32,000 bases of DNA from Guillardia theta nucleomorph. Taxonomy: Eukaryota; Protista; Cryptophyta. The notes below the pieces were generated by a model. That model did not search any database. It had not been told where the DNA came from and saw only the letters and a list, made by a program, of their open reading frames with translations. The position numbers were made by a program, and so were the translations under genes. Shown here piece by piece: positions 26,193 to 32,000 of this stretch. How positions within the stretch are numbered: the first letter of the stretch is position 1; every line of letters starts with the position of its first letter. The stretch spans positions 1-32,000 of the forward strand of contig AF165818.4 in assembly GCA_000002975.1 (NCBI GenBank), written 5' to 3'.

Positions 26193-27068
26193 ATGTATAT
26201 TATGCCTGGTAGAATATATATTGAATATATTATAATAAACATTAAACATAAAATTTTCAATTTATATAAATTTAATCGTAGACATTGTAAAAATACGCAT
26301 TACAATTCTAATAGAAATGTTCAATTACAAAATCAACACAATGATGTACAAAATGATATAAATAATGGTTTTTTAATTAATGATATATTAATATATCGAT
26401 ATTTAAAAGCTCTTAACTTTTTTAAAGAATTTAGTTTTAATTTTTCATCTCGTTTGTTATATTCACTTTTGCATTTAAAATTAGTTTCTAAATTAAAACA
26501 TTTTTGCTTAAATTTATTGGAAAAATTATTTATTCATTCTGAATTTTTTATAAATAATCATTTTATTAAATATAAAATTCTGTCATTGGTTTTTAGTAAA
26601 AAGATCAATTATAATTTTAGATTTTCAAAAATAAATATTCTAAAACGTTTAAAAATCAATCGTCTAGATTTTAATAAATTTACTCTAAAATTTAATAAAA
26701 CAGATAAAAAATTTTTTATTTTAGCTTTTTTAATTAATAAATATTTTATTTACTTTATTAAAATTGCAAATAAAATGGTATTTTTATCCACAAGTATTAC
26801 TAATTTTACTTATCTAGACTCCGAAAATTATAATTTTGATATAAATAAGTTAGATTTTGTAATTTTTGATTTTATCAAAAAAATAAATTGTACTAAATCA
26901 TACAAAATTCAAGATTTACAAAAAATTAATCATTTTTTTAATACCAGTTATGTAATAATGTTAATAAGAAAAATTGGATTTAAATTAAACAATCCTAAAA
27001 TATTACTCTCAGAAACACACCCATTTAAAATTTTAATTAAAAACATGTATAATTTATGTTTTTTCTGA
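26193..27068 (+). CDS. Hypothetical protein, ~291 aa
   Basis: Long ORF; the first ATG outside the tRNA is 26193 (alternative 26202). No recognisable motif. Confidence 0.65.
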   Translation: MYIMPGRIYIEYIIINIKHKIFNLYKFNRRHCKNTHYNSNRNVQLQNQHNDVQNDINNGFLINDILIYRYLKALNFFKEFSFNFSSRLLYSLLHLKLVSKLKHFCLNLLEKLFIHSEFFINNHFIKYKILSLVFSKKINYNFRFSKINILKRLKINRLDFNKFTLKFNKTDKKFFILAFLINKYFIYFIKIANKMVFLSTSITNFTYLDSENYNFDINKLDFVIFDFIKKINCTKSYKIQDLQKINHFFNTSYVIMLIRKIGFKLNNPKILLSETHPFKILIKNMYNLCFF

Positions 27069-27287
27069 TTTAAATTTAAAATAAGTTATGAATTTTTTTG
27101 TTATTCTTTTTATCTTTTTCTTTTTAGCTATAAAAATAATTTTACTCATATATTCATTTATGATGTATTCTATAAATTTACTTAATATTAAACAACTATT
27201 TAAGCTCAATTTACCAAATTTTTTATCTTTTTGAAAAAAATCTTTTATTTTATTTATTGGATAAATTGGATTAATTAATGTTAGCAT
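27054..27287 (-). CDS. Small H2A-type histone-fold protein, most like NC2alpha (DRAP1/Bur6) or NF-YC
   Basis: YPINKIKDFFQKDKKFGKL...ILSKFIEY...AKKKKIKRIT versus consensus FPxxRIKKIMQxDEExGKV...IxxxLELF... Confidence 0.65.
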   Translation of the reverse strand: MLTLINPIYPINKIKDFFQKDKKFGKLSLNSCLILSKFIEYIINEYMSKIIFIAKKKKIKRITKKFITYFKFKSEKT

Positions 27288-27320
27288 TTGTTTTTTTTAA
27301 TTAATATTTAATAAAAGTAA

Positions 27321-28580
27321 CTATAAATTTTTATAACTACCCAAACTCCCAACATTTAATTTTTTGGAAAAATGGCAAATAATGTTGCTCTTTAAATAAC
27401 GTAGATGATTGAATTTTTTATGACAAGATATTATAGATTGATTTAAACTTTTGAGAATTAATAGATTAATTTTTTTTTTACCAACTAAAAATTCTTTATA
27501 CTCATGTAAAAAAGTAAAGAATAATTGTATTGAATAATTATAATAGCTGTTATTAAAAACACAAGAGTTAAATAAATTATATTTAGAAATTTTTGACATT
27601 CGGTAACTAGAGAAATCATATTGTAGTTTTAAAAATAATAACTCAAGGTTTTTATATTCTATATAATTATAGTTTAACCTTATATTTTGAAAAAACTCGT
27701 CATTAAAAACAGTTATTGACTGATTGAAAAAGTTTTTTTGTTTTACTTTGCTAGATATATTTGAATAAATAATATTATTTGAGCCCGAATTAAAAGAAGT
27801 TGAACAATAATATTGATTCTTAAAAATTTTTTTTTTGTTTTTAAGTAAAATTAAATACGAATTTAAAGGCCATTTTGATTTAAGAATTAAAACTTTTATA
27901 TTTTTTTGAATTTCTGAATTAAAATTATAACAAAATGTTAAATTATTAAATCTAAAATAAACATAAGAATAAGTTAGTAAATTTATTTTGAATAAATTCT
28001 TCCATGTTTGATAAAACCCTAAAGAAACCAAAAAACAAAAGTAAGCTGGTTTTATGGTTTTACCATTACTTAGTTTTTTTATTTTATTTGTATTTAAAAA
28101 AAAATAAATTATTTTTTTAAAGTTAACGAATTTTGAAGTAAAATTGATTGTAAAATGGGTATATCTTAATAATATATTTTTATACATAAGCATAAATTCT
28201 ATTTTTTCTAAAAGTTGATAATCATTTTCAATTACATTTTTATTTAATTTTTTATATAATTTTTCATCCTGTTCTTTTAATTCTAATATATATTCAGAAT
28301 CACCATGTAAAAATTTTTTATAATTAACATCTGTCATTTTAATATTTAAGTAAGATTTTTTAGCCATTTTATTTAAAAAATTGTTAGTTATTATGGTAGA
28401 TGAAAATTTGATAAAATTATTTTTTATAAAAAATTCTTTATTATATAAAGTTGTTGTATTAAAGAATATTAATATTGTTTTTTCAATTTTAAAATTCACG
28501 TTAGAGTAAAAAAATTCAAATTTAGTTAACAAATTATCAAAACTTAATCTTTTTATGCATCTATTAGACCACATTATCAT
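27321..28580 (-). CDS. 419-aa protein; putative degenerate C-terminal half of an RNA polymerase largest subunit (Rpb1 domain 5-like)
   Basis: IYSN-x20-E...YIEYKNLELL aligns without gaps to recalled Rpb1 IYTN-x20-E...YVNYRHMALL, with other colinear blocks. First ATG at 28580 (GTG at 28595). Confidence 0.5.
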   Translation of the reverse strand: MIMWSNRCIKRLSFDNLLTKFEFFYSNVNFKIEKTILIFFNTTTLYNKEFFIKNNFIKFSSTIITNNFLNKMAKKSYLNIKMTDVNYKKFLHGDSEYILELKEQDEKLYKKLNKNVIENDYQLLEKIEFMLMYKNILLRYTHFTINFTSKFVNFKKIIYFFLNTNKIKKLSNGKTIKPAYFCFLVSLGFYQTWKNLFKINLLTYSYVYFRFNNLTFCYNFNSEIQKNIKVLILKSKWPLNSYLILLKNKKKIFKNQYYCSTSFNSGSNNIIYSNISSKVKQKNFFNQSITVFNDEFFQNIRLNYNYIEYKNLELLFLKLQYDFSSYRMSKISKYNLFNSCVFNNSYYNYSIQLFFTFLHEYKEFLVGKKKINLLILKSLNQSIISCHKKFNHLRYLKSNIICHFSKKLNVGSLGSYKNL

Positions 28581-28606
28581 ATGTTTTACTAACACTCACA
28601 CTAAGA

Positions 28607-29140
28607 ATGTATTTTAAAATTCATCATACTATTTTACTAGAAATTATTTCTAACTATTCAAACTTTAATATACTAGAATATAATAAAAATTCAATTATCA
28701 AAATTTTAATTGAGATTATAAATTTAAAGAAAAAAATATTATATGATAATGGAAAATTACTGTTTTTTTCAAATTACCACAAAAAAAAAATTATCTCCAA
28801 AATATCCAATTTTAAAAAAATTTATTTAAGTATTAACATTTTGAGAATTTATTTTCAAAAATGTTTTAAAAATATTGTGTTTCAATTTTGGAATCAAATT
28901 GACATTAAAAAAAAAATTATTATTGAAAATAATTTAAATACAATTAATATTAAATTACTTGAATTTTATTCATGTTTAACAATTATAGTAACCAATAAAT
29001 CCAATTTAAGTTTAGACTTTAATACTTTTACCTTAGATAAAATATTATTCAAGAATTTTAATGATTTTTTTTTAAAAAAAAAATTCTTTAGCGTTAATAA
29101 CAATTTTCAGATTAATTTTTTATCTAATAAATTTGTTTAA
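28607..29140 (+). CDS. 177-aa protein; putative inactive MPN domain (CSN6/Rpn8/eIF3f-like)
   Basis: FKIHHTILLEIISNY resembles FKLHPLVIVNISDHY; FQKCFKNIVFQFW resembles FKQVFKELEFLGW. Confidence 0.5.
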   Translation: MYFKIHHTILLEIISNYSNFNILEYNKNSIIKILIEIINLKKKILYDNGKLLFFSNYHKKKIISKISNFKKIYLSINILRIYFQKCFKNIVFQFWNQIDIKKKIIIENNLNTINIKLLEFYSCLTIIVTNKSNLSLDFNTFTLDKILFKNFNDFFLKKKFFSVNNNFQINFLSNKFV

Positions 29141-29212
29141 ATTGATCGCTTATAGTTTAATTTGAATAGTGAGTATTTCGCGTAAATTTGACAAATTAAT
29201 AATTTATTAAAT

Positions 29213-30595
29213 ATGTTTTTCAATTTATTGATCGATTCAAAATTTACCATTTCTAATAATAGTATTCCATTTTTTTTTGGAAATAATTCGAAACATAGAT
29301 GTATTCATAAAAATTTAGTTATTTATAAAAAAAACATACACATTTCTTTATTAAAGATAGAGACAAAACAGTTAGATGAGGAGTTGACATATATGACATC
29401 TAAAAAAAACTTTCATGAATTGACAGAAGGAGAAATGTTTGAAGTAATCAAATCATTCGGAATTCAAGGTTCTGCTTCAATTGAAAATACCGAAGAAGAT
29501 GATTTTTATCAAAATAATGGTCTCTCAAAAAATATACAAAAAGCCGATGATTCTGTCAGATGGTATCTTCAGCTTATCGGGAGAGTAAGATTACTTAGAC
29601 CTGACGAGGAAATTCAATTAGCAAGAGAAATATCACAATTACTTCATTGGGAACATGTAAAAATTTCACTTAGAGATAAGTTAAGAAGAGAACCGACAAA
29701 TTCTGAATGGACAGCCGCGTGTAAAGTCTCTGATGTAAGAAAATTCAGATCAATTTTACATAACGCACGAAGAGCAAAAGAAAGAATGGTAGCTGCTAAT
29801 CTAAGATTAGTTGTTTCGATAGCAAAAAGATACGTTAATAGAGGAATGTCTTTACAAGACCTTATCCAGGAAGGCAGTTTAGGATTAATTAGAGCTGCAG
29901 AAAAATTTGATAGCGAGAAAGGATTTAAATTTAGCACATATGCAACATGGTGGGTAAAACAAGCAGTAACTAGAGCAATTGCTGATCACTCCAGAACAAT
30001 TAGGTTACCGGTTCATTTATACGATACAATATCAGCGATTCGTAAAACTACAAGAAATTTAAATATCGAAATTGGAAGATCACCAACTGAAGAAGAAATT
30101 GCAAAAAGAATGGATATGTCAGTTGAAAAACTTAGAAATGTATTACAAAGTGCTCAACCTACGCTCTCTCTCGAAAGACCTTTAAAAAACGACGACGATA
30201 CTTCTCAGCTTTCTGATTTTATAGAGGCTGATCAAGAATCACCTGAAGAGCATGTAGAAAAATCAATGCTAAGAGATGATTTAGAAAATGTTATTAATAG
30301 TTTGAGTCCTAGAGAAAGAGATGTAGTCCGTATGAGATATGGATTAGATGATGGGAGAATTAAGACGTTAGAAGAAATAGGTCAAATTTTTAGTGTTACA
30401 CGTGAAAGAGTAAGGCAGATCGAAGCAAAAGCAATAAGAAAACTGAGACAACCATATAGAAGCTCTATATTAAGAGATTATGTTGCTTCTAATTCAAACG
30501 AAAAAAGCTCTGCAATAAATACATCTTACATGACAAACTCTAAACAGATAATTAAAGGAATAAATAACACAAGAGTACTAAAGAAAAAATTTTAA
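29213..30595 (+). CDS. rpoD: Plastid-targeted sigma-70 factor
   Basis: DSVRWYL, ANLRLVVSIAKRY, DLIQEGSLGLIRAAEKFD..KGFKFSTYATWW, RTIRLPVH, TRERVRQIEAKA. N-terminal extension begins MFF. Confidence 0.97.
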   Translation: MFFNLLIDSKFTISNNSIPFFFGNNSKHRCIHKNLVIYKKNIHISLLKIETKQLDEELTYMTSKKNFHELTEGEMFEVIKSFGIQGSASIENTEEDDFYQNNGLSKNIQKADDSVRWYLQLIGRVRLLRPDEEIQLAREISQLLHWEHVKISLRDKLRREPTNSEWTAACKVSDVRKFRSILHNARRAKERMVAANLRLVVSIAKRYVNRGMSLQDLIQEGSLGLIRAAEKFDSEKGFKFSTYATWWVKQAVTRAIADHSRTIRLPVHLYDTISAIRKTTRNLNIEIGRSPTEEEIAKRMDMSVEKLRNVLQSAQPTLSLERPLKNDDDTSQLSDFIEADQESPEEHVEKSMLRDDLENVINSLSPRERDVVRMRYGLDDGRIKTLEEIGQIFSVTRERVRQIEAKAIRKLRQPYRSSILRDYVASNSNEKSSAINTSYMTNSKQIIKGINNTRVLKKKF

Positions 30596-30632
30596 TACGA
30601 CACCGTGAGAATAGTGTCTGTATCCTTTAACC

Positions 30633-32000
30633 ATGTTTTTTATATTGCCGAAGCCTGCTCTTAGAGTTTACAAAAATTTTAAAAATATTGTTTTATATGA
30701 TAAAAAGAACGTCCATAATTTAAGCAAAAATGGAAAATCAGTTCAAAAATATTACAATAATATTATTTATTTATATAAAAACATTAAAGTTAAAGAAAAA
30801 TTTACCAATTTAAAAATAATTTTTTTTCTATTGCTGTTAGTCGACTTAACCATTGGTAATTCAGAAAAAATATTTTTAGATAAAAAAAAAATAAACCTTT
30901 CAATGAATGATAATACAATTGTTAAAAATGAAAATGTAAAAAATTACGATATTAAAAATAATTCAAATTTATTATTCATAGATATAACTCCTTTAAATGT
31001 GATTAATGATAAGTTTTATGAAATAATTAAAGAAATGGATCATCATGTATCTAGACCAGTAAAGGACGCTTTAATATTGTTATTAGCAACCGTGTTTGTA
31101 GTGCCGTTAATGAGAAAATTTAACACATCGCCTATCTTGGGATTTTTAGCTGCAGGATTATTTCTTGGACCTAATGGATTTGGATTGGTTCATAGGATAG
31201 GAGCATCTAAAACTCTAGCTGAGTTTGGAGTTGTGTTTTTTCTTTTTGAAATGGGATTAGAATTATCACTTTCTAGATTAAAATCTCTAGGAATGGATGT
31301 GTTTGGTCTGGGGTATCTACAATGGTTAATTACAGGTTTTATCCTAGCGTTCATATCTCTTTGCAACAATGCTTCAATTGAAATTTCATTGGTGATTGGA
31401 TTTGGTTTAGCATTATCAAGCTCTGCTTTTGTCCTTCAATTGTTATCTGAAAGAGGAGAAGTCGGTACAAGATTCGGAAGGGCATCATTTGGAATTCTTT
31501 TATTTCAAGACCTTGCTGTTGTCCCACTTTTGGTTGTTGTCCCACTTTTAGCTACCGGTGGTGGTGATTTCACAAGTCTGATGAATGCTTTAATTCTAGC
31601 AGCAGGAAAAGCTGCAGTAGCCTTAGGTATAATTTTTCTTGGAGGTAGGACTTGTCTAGAACCTGTTTTTAGATTTGGTGCTTCAGCTAAATCTCCAGAA
31701 GCTTTTGTTGCAACAATATTGGTTACAGTCTTAGCTATGTCCACACTAACTGAATCACTGGGATTATCAGATACTTTGGGAGCTTTCTTGGCAGGTGTCC
31801 TCCTTGCGGAAACTAAATATAGACATCAAATCGAAGCTGATATAGCGCCATTTAGAGGCCTATTATTAGGGTTATTTTTCATAACAGTAGGTTTCGGAAT
31901 TGATATTTCTCTAATATCGGGTAACTTTCTTACTGTTATTACGATGCTCATCACATTACTAGTAATTAAAGCATCAATTATAACAACTTTAGGCTTTTTT
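30633..32000 (+). CDS. kea1: KefB/KEA-family K+/H+ antiporter (CPA2), incomplete at the window end
   Basis: Not in the ORF track because there is no stop in the window. Frame is open from ATG 30633 (MFFILPKP...) through SPILGFLAAG, LAEFGVVFFLFEMGLELS, LALSSSAFVLQLL, GILLFQDLAVVP, LGAFLAGVLLAETKYRHQIEADIAPFRGLLLGLFF. Confidence 0.93.
   Translation, partial: MFFILPKPALRVYKNFKNIVLYDKKNVHNLSKNGKSVQKYYNNIIYLYKNIKVKEKFTNLKIIFFLLLLVDLTIGNSEKIFLDKKKINLSMNDNTIVKNENVKNYDIKNNSNLLFIDITPLNVINDKFYEIIKEMDHHVSRPVKDALILLLATVFVVPLMRKFNTSPILGFLAAGLFLGPNGFGLVHRIGASKTLAEFGVVFFLFEMGLELSLSRLKSLGMDVFGLGYLQWLITGFILAFISLCNNASIEISLVIGFGLALSSSAFVLQLLSERGEVGTRFGRASFGILLFQDLAVVPLLVVVPLLATGGGDFTSLMNALILAAGKAAVALGIIFLGGRTCLEPVFRFGASAKSPEAFVATILVTVLAMSTLTESLGLSDTLGAFLAGVLLAETKYRHQIEADIAPFRGLLLGLFFITVGFGIDISLISGNFLTVITMLITLLVIKASIITTLGFF

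Noticed and set aside
30590-30662. U6 snRNA-like text on the minus strand (GCTTCGGCA...GATACAGA)
   Set aside because: The ACAGAGA box reads ACAGACA, there is no AGC triad or ISL, and it overlaps the kea start codon region.
13307-31744. Short antisense or alternative-frame ORFs inside hsp82, mtr4, tcpE, rpl13A, rpoD and kea
   Set aside because: Shadow ORFs of well-supported genes.

Overview
This window is the end of a tiny, very compact eukaryotic chromosome, most likely a cryptophyte nucleomorph. The 23-nt telomere unit, (AG)7AAG6A on the G strand, is the one known from Guillardia theta; that identification is an inference. Bases 1 to ~12.7 kb are a GC-richer subtelomeric block: telomere, 5S rRNA (+), a minus-strand 18S-ITS1-5.8S-ITS2-28S cistron, a ~4 kb spacer and ubc4. 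From 12.7 kb the DNA is very AT-rich and gene-dense. It carries hsp90 (with a heat-shock element), gamma-tubulin, an Mtr4-type helicase split at an A11 run, CCT-epsilon, rpl13A, a PABP, tRNA-Arg(UCU) with a 7-nt intron, a plastid sigma factor and a KefB/KEA antiporter that runs off the window. By manual motif alignment against recalled consensus sequences (no searches were run), several AT-rich ORFans look like very divergent members of known families. These are a stand-alone C-terminal half of an RNA polymerase largest subunit, a gamma-tubulin complex protein (GCP2/3) next to tubG, an Omp85/Toc75-like beta-barrel, an NC2alpha/H2A-type histone fold and a CSN6/Rpn8-type MPN domain.
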